The translations under genes and the position numbers were made by a program. From an uncultured virus (IMG/VR IMGVR_UViG_3300029448_000008) (lineage: Duplodnaviria > Heunggongvirae > Uroviricota > Caudoviricetes), in IMG/VR virus record IMGVR_UViG_3300029448_000008: a stretch of 64,000 bases of DNA, one strand, 5' to 3'. The notes beneath the pieces were generated by a model. It was not told the DNA's origin, made no database searches, and worked only from the letters and a program-made list of their open reading frames with translations. Below, piece after piece: positions 1-8,722 of this stretch. Position 1 is the stretch's first letter. Every line of letters begins with the position of its first letter.

Positions 1-1130
1 ATACTCTGTTGTGTTGCTAGGTGACTAGCAGAATTACTAGCCATGTTATCTTCATCTTTAATTATAGAACCCGTAAATACACTAACATTACGAAGTCTAA
101 CATCGCCACTTTCGGTTGTATCTGGATCTAAACCTAAATCTACAATAGGCGCATTAATATATAAAGTACCCGCTGTCGTATTAACTAAAGGCTGTCTAAC
201 TTGTATAAAGCTATTAGTGCCATCTTGATATATTTCTAAATTATCATCTCCAGTACCTAATCTTAATTTAGCGTTATCTATAAAATCAATACCACCTGAC
301 GTGTTGTTTACCTCTATTTTAGTACCACCTGTGTTGTTACCTATAGCAAGTATTTCTGATAATGTATCTACTGTATCTACTTGTGAATCAACATATGCTT
401 TTATTGATTGTTGTGTCGCGAGATGCGTTGCTGAATTTGAAGACATGTTATCTTCATCTTTAATCGCTGTACCACTTATGGATGTAGGTGATATTATTAA
501 GTTATTAACTATACTTCCACCTGTTTGTGTTTGTATATAAATATCTTGGTCATTACTTGTTGATCTAATAACTGGATCTGCTGAAACAGTACCAAGAAAA
601 AATACCCCATCAAAATTAGCTGAAGGTAAAGTTAAAGCGCCACTGTTAGGATTATACTCAAAAATACCAGTATCATCTAATAAAGCATTTGATTCATCGT
701 GAAATACCAATGGAAAAGCTGTATTAGCATTCGAATCAGTTACAGTAACTTTAGCTGCAGTACCCGTTGTATCGGCAGCTATACTATCAGTTTGCGTTGT
801 AACAAAAGTATGTATTTGATCTGCTGTAGCTAAGCCTGTACCAGCATTAGCTATAGCACCTGTTACAATAGCAAAGCTAGGTATAGGACCATCTGGGTTT
901 GTTATAGTTAACTGCCCTGTAGTTGTATTTGCTACCCCTGTAATATCTCCAGTAATAGATACAAAGTTACTACCATCGTATATTCTTAATGCTTTTGTTG
1001 AACCGGAAGTATCATAATAAACTCTACCTATTTGTAGATTATTACTAGGAGCTGCTCCTAAAGGCTCAATAGTAGCTCCTTCTATCCTATTCCCTTGTAA
1101 GTTTATATGATTTAAATATTTAATTGACAT
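1..1130 (-). CDS. Tail fibre protein (partial, runs off the left window edge)
   Basis: Not in the ORF track. Open frame from ATG at 1130 (MSIKYLNHINLQGNRIEGATIEPL...) to the window edge; T/G/S/N-rich; carries two copies of IKDEDNMxSNSAxHLATQQS, a motif typical of phage tail fibres. Confidence 0.75.
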   Translation of the reverse strand, partial: MSIKYLNHINLQGNRIEGATIEPLGAAPSNNLQIGRVYYDTSGSTKALRIYDGSNFVSITGDITGVANTTTGQLTITNPDGPIPSFAIVTGAIANAGTGLATADQIHTFVTTQTDSIAADTTGTAAKVTVTDSNANTAFPLVFHDESNALLDDTGIFEYNPNSGALTLPSANFDGVFFLGTVSADPVIRSTSNDQDIYIQTQTGGSIVNNLIISPTSISGTAIKDEDNMSSNSATHLATQQSIKAYVDSQVDTVDTLSEILAIGNNTGGTKIEVNNTSGGIDFIDNAKLRLGTGDDNLEIYQDGTNSFIQVRQPLVNTTAGTLYINAPIVDLGLDPDTTESGDVRLRNVSVFTGSIIKDEDNMASNSASHLATQQS

Positions 1131-1143
1131 AATATTTTATTTT

Positions 1144-1500
1144 TTAATTTAAAAAAGCTTTACCTGCAAATGTTGCGGTAAAAATAATTTGCAACTTAGA
1201 AGTACTAGCTTGATTGTTTGTCCAATCTTCATATAATACTTTCCCGTTTACAAGAGTATTAGCTGTATCTACTACACTAACTGACGGGTACTTTCCTAAA
1301 TTATGTGTTACTTGCCAAGTGGAAGCAGCACTATCTTGTGTATGCACTGTGTTTATATCTCCTGCACCTGCAGGTCCTTGCGTACCTACCGATATTACCT
1401 TAATTGTATTTCCAGAAGCAACTATCTTATTACTTGTAGCTTCGGAAACTTTAACTACATTTCCAGCAGGAGTCGATATAGTAACATATGTATTTGCCAT
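1144..1500 (-). CDS. Tail fibre-associated structural protein
   Basis: GTQGPAG collagen-like stub and WQVTHNLGKYPSVSVVD motif typical of fibre-associated proteins; adjacent to the fibre gene. Confidence 0.55.
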   Translation of the reverse strand: MANTYVTISTPAGNVVKVSEATSNKIVASGNTIKVISVGTQGPAGAGDINTVHTQDSAASTWQVTHNLGKYPSVSVVDTANTLVNGKVLYEDWTNNQASTSKLQIIFTATFAGKAFLN

Positions 1501-1502
1501 AA

Positions 1503-1850
1503 TTATCCACTTACTGATTTAATTACTTGTACTTGTCCCTGTAGTAATCTTGTAACTACTCCAGATAATGTTATATCTAAATCATAGAATGCTCGATTCC
1601 AATCATATGTAGCTGTTGTTGCTGCTGGTATTGCTATAGTAAATTGACCTTGACTAGGATTACTTAATGTAATACCATTTCCTACACTCAAATTTATAAC
1701 AAAATCTGTATCAGACCTATTATCTTTAGCTTTTAATGTAATAGCAGCCCCTGATATGTTGATTTTATTTCCAGAAGCATCTTCATACGTTATAGTATTA
1801 TTAAAATCTGCTCCTTGTTCTACCTTAAAATTATGAGATCCTGCTGCCAT
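1503..1850 (-). CDS. Virion structural beta-sandwich protein (baseplate/fibre adaptor-like)
   Basis: MAAGSHNFKVEQGADF...YDLDITLSGVVTRLLQGQVQV pattern typical of small BppU-like tail adaptor proteins. Confidence 0.55.
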   Translation of the reverse strand: MAAGSHNFKVEQGADFNNTITYEDASGNKINISGAAITLKAKDNRSDTDFVINLSVGNGITLSNPSQGQFTIAIPAATTATYDWNRAFYDLDITLSGVVTRLLQGQVQVIKSVSG

Positions 1851-3070
1851 TATAGTGAATAATCAAATACGTTAGGTTTACCTTTACCATTATTTTCTAT
1901 AAGAGTATACCCAGCTGAACTGGAGAATCCCATAGATTCGCTATAAAAGTTGCCGGTAAACAAAGGAGCAACATCAATAGCTCTATAATCTGCTTGATCT
2001 ACATACGTTTCTTGTAACGTATGAAAAACTTTCTTACTTTTTCTAGAATGCCAATGCCCTCCTAAAAGTACATTATACATTCCTTGCTTACCATACTCAA
2101 ACATTATTTTTCCTAAATCTCTTCTAGATAGTGCGTGATGATTATGTGTCATCACATAATATATTCCGTCTATCGCACTTCCTAATACTAAAGGAGAAAA
2201 CTCTACATTAATTTTGTCTAGAGAATTACGAAGCATATATGCTAGTAATCCTGCTACATCTCCTTCGTTGTCATGTTTAGCATCTGAGGTTGATCTATCA
2301 TGATTACCAGAAACCATGTGTATAGATTTAAGATTATTTATATTTTTTATAAACTCTCTCATTATCTCAAATGCTAAAATCACAACGTGATGCCCGTACA
2401 TTCCTTTACCCATAGATTTCCAAGAATTTATGTGGTTAAGTCCTGTAAACGATTCTATGAAATCTCCTAGAAATATAATTTCTACTTTTTCATATCCTCG
2501 TTGGTTCACCTGATTTGCTATATCTTTTAAATACTGTATAACAGATTTAAAATTAAAATCGGGTGTACGTTGTAAATTTCTAATATCAGCGCCAATATGT
2601 AAATCTGCCAGACATACGACTCCTGTGTTTACACCAGGAATCTTTTTTATATTAACTTTAGATATCGCATAGTCAAGTTGTTTTTTGACTTCTTGATAGT
2701 CTAATTCTTCAGCTCTCGGTTTTAGCGTGAGCTTTACCTGATAATTAGTTTTTTTACCCGTCTTTGTACTTACGTCCCAAGCATTACAAGAATACCCGGT
2801 AACTTCGTACTCGTTGACATCAATATCAAAGAACTTTATAGCTTCCTCTAATGAGGTTATAGGCTGCTCGCCTTTATAATTATACGTTGTAGCTACACCA
2901 GATAAATTTTCTTTCATCTGCTTTGCTACTTTCGCAACCCGTCTTCTTAATGTTCTATGTGAAAATAAATCACATTTTTGTAATATACGGTCTGCTGTTT
3001 TGCTAAAAGATTCTTTTGGATACTTACTTAGGATGTCTTCTATTAATAGTTCTAAACTTTCTATAGTCAC
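1850..3070 (-). CDS. Calcineurin-like metallophosphoesterase with N-terminal extension
   Basis: Motifs ADLHIG, GDFIE, GNHD, THNH and GHWH occur in the canonical order. Confidence 0.85.
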   Translation of the reverse strand: MTIESLELLIEDILSKYPKESFSKTADRILQKCDLFSHRTLRRRVAKVAKQMKENLSGVATTYNYKGEQPITSLEEAIKFFDIDVNEYEVTGYSCNAWDVSTKTGKKTNYQVKLTLKPRAEELDYQEVKKQLDYAISKVNIKKIPGVNTGVVCLADLHIGADIRNLQRTPDFNFKSVIQYLKDIANQVNQRGYEKVEIIFLGDFIESFTGLNHINSWKSMGKGMYGHHVVILAFEIMREFIKNINNLKSIHMVSGNHDRSTSDAKHDNEGDVAGLLAYMLRNSLDKINVEFSPLVLGSAIDGIYYVMTHNHHALSRRDLGKIMFEYGKQGMYNVLLGGHWHSRKSKKVFHTLQETYVDQADYRAIDVAPLFTGNFYSESMGFSSSAGYTLIENNGKGKPNVFDYSL

Positions 3071-3109
3071 GATTCTGTGTTTCTTAAATTTACAATTTTT
3101 CTTTAATAT

Positions 3110-3139
3110 AAAAAAGGCGATGGATTAACACCGCCTTTT
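3110..3139 (-). terminator. Intrinsic terminator after the capsid/neck operon (possibly bidirectional)
   Basis: AAAAGGCG-N12-CGCCTTTT inverted repeat flanked by A/T tracts, just downstream of 3182..3994. Confidence 0.7.
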
Positions 3140-3181
3140 CTACAACTAACTAAATAAACAAAGTAAAGTTTACTTTAAATA

Positions 3182-3994
3182 TTACTTAAGTTTTGTAACT
3201 TGAGTTACAATAGCGGCAGGTGTTACAGTTGAGTTACCGTCTGCAACTGCTAACCAAATTTCGAAATCATCGTAATTTTTAGCAATACCTACTGCTTTAG
3301 AGTTTGAACTTTTTGTTCCTTCAATTAAAATAAGATCATAATTTCCAGAAACAACAGAATCAGGCTGCTTGAAAGTTGCTGCAGATCCAGCTCTTCCAAA
3401 TACACCACTATCAGTATTACCTGATTTTTCTAGTTCTTTTACTTTCTTTTCAGTACCTACTGAAGGAACTGCTGCTGTGCCATATGTAAAGGCAGTAGCA
3501 TCGTTACCAGCTAATCTAAAATGTGAATCAATTGGTGCAGTAATAGTAATAGTTGCACTTGATACACTAGCTCCAAATCCAAAGAAAGGAGAATCAGACT
3601 TAGCAAATTCTACATCCATTAAAGCTTCGATTGCAGCGGCAGCAGCGTTAGCTGATCCTGCACCTACAGATTCAAAAGTTTTAACAGGAAGATTCATTGT
3701 ACCTGCTGTTGTGTTAATAATTTTAACTTCTGCATTTCCGCCATCTAATGCGACAACAGCCGTACTAGATTGTGCAGTACCTGCAGAGTATGAAATTGTT
3801 GTGACTTTTTTAATGTCCCCGTCACTAATAGGACCTACGTTTGCCGTACCATAAAATAATGATACTTCTTCATCACCGTCTGTTAATGTCGCTACTCTTG
3901 TAGCTCCATTTCTAACGTAACCAAATTTAGCTGCTTCGAAAGCACTAGATGCGGCTGCGTCACTGTTGATGATAAGCACTTCTTTTTTTGCCAT
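3182..3994 (-). CDS. Structural protein, probable auxiliary capsid/decoration protein
   Basis: A/G/S/T-rich; in the conserved crAss head block downstream of the MCP; shares its leader sequence with the MCP gene. Confidence 0.55.
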   Translation of the reverse strand: MAKKEVLIINSDAAASSAFEAAKFGYVRNGATRVATLTDGDEEVSLFYGTANVGPISDGDIKKVTTISYSAGTAQSSTAVVALDGGNAEVKIINTTAGTMNLPVKTFESVGAGSANAAAAAIEALMDVEFAKSDSPFFGFGASVSSATITITAPIDSHFRLAGNDATAFTYGTAAVPSVGTEKKVKELEKSGNTDSGVFGRAGSAATFKQPDSVVSGNYDLILIEGTKSSNSKAVGIAKNYDDFEIWLAVADGNSTVTPAAIVTQVTKLK

Positions 3995-4025
3995 GATAAT
4001 AAAAATTTAAAGATTAAAAATAAAG

Positions 4026-5141
4026 TTATTCAGTCTGTGAGCTTTCTGCAATATTCGTCTGGTATCTCTGTGACTCTGTGGCTTCTAATAAGTGCTTGAC
4101 TGTTAGGTCTACTATTTCTTGATGTGTATGATCTGCTAACTCACAATCTACTCCCGAAGATAAAGAAATTTCTACTGGCGTCCTAATGTAATCTACGTTC
4201 AGTCCTTTTAATAGATAACTTTTGTTATTAAAAACTTTAATTTCAGTGTTATTTATTATGCCAATTGCACTACTAGGAGTGGAGGTAGCAAAAGGATTTC
4301 CTAAGATATTATAAGCATCATCGGGTTCAATTATACGTAATGGTATTTCTTTTATACGTTTTACAGATATATTATCTATCTTACCATTAAAGTCCGTACT
4401 AGGATTAATTTGTAATAAAGTATTATCTGCTAACGCATGTAATTCAAACTGTTTAGCTGTTGTAGCATGTGTAGTTTGATATATAGTTGCACCAGCAACT
4501 GTAGCGTGGTCAAATGTATATGATGTATTACCTTCACCTGGTGTTCCTGGAGTTCCTAAAGAAATAGTAAAACTACCATTATAAGCACCAGCATCAGCAC
4601 TAGACCCTTTTACAATAACAGATATAAGATATTTATTGCCTTTCTTAACTCTTACTGAATGTGTAGCTGAATCTGTAGACCCGCTCGTGTGCGTGAGGTA
4701 ACCGCTTGTAACTGACCATCTATATCCGCTAGGATCTCCAGCACCCAATGTCCAATTAGTTGCGTTAGCAAATGTACTATTAGTTACTAGTTCAGGATCA
4801 ATTTGACAGTCATCATATAATATTTTAACTCTACCGTTTATTAAGAACATATAATCAGTAGGTAGATCAAAGTCTTCATGATCCGCATAAAGGTTAGGAG
4901 TTACTACATCATCACTGTTATCTAAAACAGTAAGTATACGTAAATCATCAACTCTTTTTTGCGCACCGTGAAGACCCTGTTGTTTAGGATCTGATAAACT
5001 CCAAAAACGTTGTTTAACAAAACGTTCTTGCATTTTATTCAAAGCAAAATCTAGCTCTTCCGGCAAAAATGTGTCGAATGAGTTAGAGGCTACTTTTTGT
5101 AGACCTTGTTCTACCGCGTGATGCATTTCTTGTACAGTCAT
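4026..5141 (-). CDS. crAss-type neck/ring structural protein with inserted jelly-roll-like domain
   Basis: N-terminal MTVQEMHHAVEQGLQK...PEELDFALNK and C-terminal DYIRTP...CELADHTHQEIVDLTV match crAss ring/head-tail proteins; the central ELVTNSTF...GKIDNISVK segment is CBM-like. Confidence 0.7.
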   Translation of the reverse strand: MTVQEMHHAVEQGLQKVASNSFDTFLPEELDFALNKMQERFVKQRFWSLSDPKQQGLHGAQKRVDDLRILTVLDNSDDVVTPNLYADHEDFDLPTDYMFLINGRVKILYDDCQIDPELVTNSTFANATNWTLGAGDPSGYRWSVTSGYLTHTSGSTDSATHSVRVKKGNKYLISVIVKGSSADAGAYNGSFTISLGTPGTPGEGNTSYTFDHATVAGATIYQTTHATTAKQFELHALADNTLLQINPSTDFNGKIDNISVKRIKEIPLRIIEPDDAYNILGNPFATSTPSSAIGIINNTEIKVFNNKSYLLKGLNVDYIRTPVEISLSSGVDCELADHTHQEIVDLTVKHLLEATESQRYQTNIAESSQTE

Positions 5142-5950
5142 TAACTATATGATTTAAGACGTGCTTTTAAAGTTGTATAAATATTAGAGTTCTTTTTATC
5201 TTTAAGATATAGAACTGCTTCTTCTAAACTATCTCCAATAGCTTCGTCTCCGTTTAAATATGTATTTCCTACCTTACGTAGTACATCATGTGTTAAACAA
5301 TCTTGTACAAACGCTTGGTGCTCAATATTTTTGTCTTGAGCATACATTAAAAATTGTGTAGGATCTGCATCTAATTCAGTCTCTAGAGTTATTTCTCTTT
5401 GAGCTTCGTCCATAGTTTTAGGACTATATCCATACACCATTAACAGCTGATTAACTTTTGATTGATCTGCTGTAAGTTTAATAAACTCTTTGTACGCTTC
5501 TTTACGTTTTTTTACATTAGAAAGCTTTTTCACTTTCTCTATTTCAGTATCGTAAATATAATATTTATACCTACGGTTAGTACTAATAGCTTGCTCATTC
5601 TCTGCAACATAGGGATGAGCACACGCAAATTTGTAACGTACATAATCCATTAAATTATTTGGATCACCTTCTTGGTCTACACCAATTTCTAACTTTGTAC
5701 CTGAGTTTTCTACATTAATTGTTAAGTTCTGAAAGTATTTTTTTACTTCTTTCTGAAAATTAACATCTTTAGAATCTACTCCAATTATTCCTGGTAAAAA
5801 CTTTTTTTGTTCACCAAAACTTAATCCTGTATTTATATCTCCGTTAGCTCCAAAGGTTGATCCTATCTTACGTTTAGCTTCTGCATAAACGTGATCTGGA
5901 AGATTAGTTGCATTTTTTCTTCTCTTAATTACTACTGTTTTTATTGCCAT
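5141..5950 (-). CDS. Conserved crAss-like protein downstream of MCP
   Basis: Position directly after the MCP and its size match the conserved crAss head-gene block. Confidence 0.55.
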   Translation of the reverse strand: MAIKTVVIKRRKNATNLPDHVYAEAKRKIGSTFGANGDINTGLSFGEQKKFLPGIIGVDSKDVNFQKEVKKYFQNLTINVENSGTKLEIGVDQEGDPNNLMDYVRYKFACAHPYVAENEQAISTNRRYKYYIYDTEIEKVKKLSNVKKRKEAYKEFIKLTADQSKVNQLLMVYGYSPKTMDEAQREITLETELDADPTQFLMYAQDKNIEHQAFVQDCLTHDVLRKVGNTYLNGDEAIGDSLEEAVLYLKDKKNSNIYTTLKARLKSYS

Positions 5951-6025
5951 AATTTTAAAATTTACTAGTTAAAAAAATAGTAAACCAGGGGATATAAAAT
6001 ACCCCCTAATTCACTAAGTTAAATA

Positions 6026-7462
6026 TTATGATTTAACACACTCTAAATGCAAACAATTAGTAGCTCGTCTTATTGCAATTCCGCACTCTTTCATAAAGTG
6101 TACAGATGCACCGTCTACGTCATTTGCTCTTAGGGAGTTTCCACCATTGAATCCTGGAGGAACACTTGCTCCGGCTACTGCCCATCTAACAAGTTCTCTT
6201 CCTTTTCTAGAAATCATTTGAACGTTTTTCTGACCGTCATAAGATGACATGTCTAAGAAAATCATTCTGTAAGACTCTAGAGGTAGTCCTGACACTGGGT
6301 GTTTTGGACTGTTTAATGCTCTAGCACCGTGATCAAATAAAGGTAAATGTCTTACCGTAATTACGTGACCATCAATGTGCTTGTAAGAAGTAAAGAAACC
6401 TCCGAATTGTAGAGCGTTGCTTCCACCTGACATAAATGCACTAGGATCTGTGTTCTTAATATAAGAACCTGAAGATAGCTCGTCTTTCATAGCTGTATCG
6501 AATTCTTCCATACCACCTAATCCAGTAAATAGAACAATGTTCATGTCTTGAGCATCAGAAGCTCCATATAGAGCGTCTCTTACTACAGACTTGATTTTTG
6601 CTGCTGTTAAACTAGAGTAAGAATCAACATTAGGAATTTGCTCGATAACACCAGCTCCTAGAGGAATTGGTTTATTGTTGTCATCTTTAAGAGCAATGGT
6701 TCCGTCAGAAGATCTGTTGTACTTAGAATACCATAAAGCATATTCTGTTTCTTCTTTCCATCTTAACATGTGTTGATATTCTTCGAAGTCATACCATAGG
6801 TTAGTCTTCTTACCATCAACATTAAATTCGAAATTAACCACTCTGTCAGGCATATTTCCTTCATATCTGTAGGATTTTCTGATTAGAGAGATTTGGTTTC
6901 TCATTTTAGATGGAGCAACCCAGTTACTTTCGTTACCAACTGATCCGGAAATAGCAGTAGGTGCAAATAATTGTACCCATTTTTTGTCTGCTACGTCGCC
7001 AGATGCTACTGAATCAGTAGAATCAGCTGTAACTAATTGTAGTGTGTATACCCAACCGCCATCTGCTTCATATGGATCTTCCATAATTCTAGCTTGGATT
7101 CCTCCTTCACTTTCAATAATGTATTGCTTGATGAACCATTTTTCATCGAACTTAACTTTAAATCTAGTGGAGTTAACTCCGGAACCGCTAACTAGAGCTG
7201 AAGCTCTTACGGTTTTGTTTAATCTACCCATTACTGGATAGTCGTACTCAATGTCATTGATGTAATTTAACGCGCCTACACCCTCTGTTAGAAAAGATAG
7301 AGGAAACCTCTTGTCTTCTTTTCCAGCTAGATGAGTGATTACCGGTGAAAGTACATCAGGCTGAGTAAGGAGAGCGTTCGCTAACGAGTTTTCGTCAGTC
7401 ATACCCTCAGCGTTGAAAATGTCTTCGTATAAACGAAGTTTTTTAGCGTTATCTGCTGCCAT
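6026..7462 (-). CDS. Major capsid protein (crAss-type)
   Basis: 478 aa; TDENSL, FPLSFLTEG, LFTGLGGMEEFD, FGGFFTSYKHIDGHVITVRHLPLFD and DGASVHF motifs; follows portal and scaffold genes. Confidence 0.9.
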   Translation of the reverse strand: MAADNAKKLRLYEDIFNAEGMTDENSLANALLTQPDVLSPVITHLAGKEDKRFPLSFLTEGVGALNYINDIEYDYPVMGRLNKTVRASALVSGSGVNSTRFKVKFDEKWFIKQYIIESEGGIQARIMEDPYEADGGWVYTLQLVTADSTDSVASGDVADKKWVQLFAPTAISGSVGNESNWVAPSKMRNQISLIRKSYRYEGNMPDRVVNFEFNVDGKKTNLWYDFEEYQHMLRWKEETEYALWYSKYNRSSDGTIALKDDNNKPIPLGAGVIEQIPNVDSYSSLTAAKIKSVVRDALYGASDAQDMNIVLFTGLGGMEEFDTAMKDELSSGSYIKNTDPSAFMSGGSNALQFGGFFTSYKHIDGHVITVRHLPLFDHGARALNSPKHPVSGLPLESYRMIFLDMSSYDGQKNVQMISRKGRELVRWAVAGASVPPGFNGGNSLRANDVDGASVHFMKECGIAIRRATNCLHLECVKS

Positions 7463-7497
7463 GATAAATATAAATTAAAAGATTAAAAAAAATTAAA

Positions 7498-8640
7498 TTA
7501 ACTAAATAGCTTGTCTAAAGAAGGTATACTAGCTCTCTTTTGAGATTTATTATACGATCCTTTATTACCCTTCATTCTTCTACTCGCCGTTTGTGTATTT
7601 GATTTTAATTTATTTTTCAAATTCACAGCCTGCCTTGTGGTTGCTTTGGTGTTTACGAGTTTAGATAAATCAAGCCCCTTATAAATAAGGAATTCCATAG
7701 CTAATATAGACTCTTGATCCATTTTCTCTCTATCTAATAATCTTTGACTTTTTCCCTGTGCGTCCACTGGTTGTGCCATCCAATTATAGAATTTTTTCTT
7801 CTCGCTTTCTGGAATAGTAAAATCTCTAAGTTTACCTTTATTGATAATAGAGTTTATTTCACCCCAGGTTTGCTGAGTTTGTTGAGCAGCTTGCTGAGCA
7901 TCTCTTTGTTGTTGTTCTAACAACTGTTTTTTGTTTTGCTCTTGCGTAACTGCTAATTTATTTACAGCTCTAGATGCATTTTTATATAATAATTTAGCAT
8001 CTTCATAGTCTTGGACAGTATCAGCAATTTCTTCTGGTGTATATCCTTGTTGACCTAAAAAAGTTTCGACAATCTTTTTTTGCATGCCTACATCTTTTTC
8101 ATCTACTTTTAAAGTATTAAAATCGATTTCTTTTGCTGCGACTTTAAAATACTTTTCAGGATCTCCTCCAGATACTCTGTAATTTAAATATTCCTGAATA
8201 TCAGGAAAAGATGAAAATACAGATTCAAATTGCTCTTCTGCCATTTTTGTAGCTGCTGCTTTGGTTAAACCTATGATTCCATCATAGTCATCTCCAAATT
8301 CTCCTTCAATTTTATATCCTAATCTATCTTTTAGATTTTGGATTATTGTAGGCTCAGAATCTTCTTCAGACTCAGAGTTTTCAGCTACTGGTTCATCAGT
8401 GGCATTAATAACAGGCTCTTCAACACTCTCCTCTGATTCTTCAGATTCTTTTGTTTCTTCCTGTACTTCTTGTACATCCTCTTGTACATTTCCTGTTTCA
8501 TCTGTTGCTTCAACAGTTTCTTCTACGTTTTCTTCAACCGGTTCAGGTTGTGGATTTGTAGAATCAGGAATCTTTTTATCATTTAACAAATCACTTACAG
8601 TGACTTTTGATAAATCTAAGTTTTCTTCTTTATTACTCAT
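7498..8640 (-). CDS. Probable capsid scaffolding protein
   Basis: Very acidic, low-complexity N-terminus, Q-rich coiled coil and basic C-terminus; lies between portal and MCP. Confidence 0.65.
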   Translation of the reverse strand: MSNKEENLDLSKVTVSDLLNDKKIPDSTNPQPEPVEENVEETVEATDETGNVQEDVQEVQEETKESEESEESVEEPVINATDEPVAENSESEEDSEPTIIQNLKDRLGYKIEGEFGDDYDGIIGLTKAAATKMAEEQFESVFSSFPDIQEYLNYRVSGGDPEKYFKVAAKEIDFNTLKVDEKDVGMQKKIVETFLGQQGYTPEEIADTVQDYEDAKLLYKNASRAVNKLAVTQEQNKKQLLEQQQRDAQQAAQQTQQTWGEINSIINKGKLRDFTIPESEKKKFYNWMAQPVDAQGKSQRLLDREKMDQESILAMEFLIYKGLDLSKLVNTKATTRQAVNLKNKLKSNTQTASRRMKGNKGSYNKSQKRASIPSLDKLFS

Positions 8641-8647
8641 GTTTTAC

Positions 8648-8655
8648 AAAATTAA
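8648..8655 (-). promoter_or_regulatory. Candidate Bacteroidota sigma-70 -7 element (TAATTTTG) upstream of the scaffold gene
   Basis: The minus strand reads TTAATTAATTTTGTAAAAC before the ATG, matching TAnnTTTG; coordinates approximate. It is very close to the ATG and could be chance in AT-rich DNA. Confidence 0.3.
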
Positions 8656-8722
8656 TTAAATTATACTAGTTTCTATCTAAAATATATATGGTACATGTTT
8701 ACCTTTATATATAGTCTTTTTA

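Noticed and set aside
1..1130. Diversity-generating retroelement target in the tail fibre
   Set aside because: The repeat copies are both in-frame coding with synonymous differences rather than adenine-specific ones, and no reverse transcriptase is present in the window.
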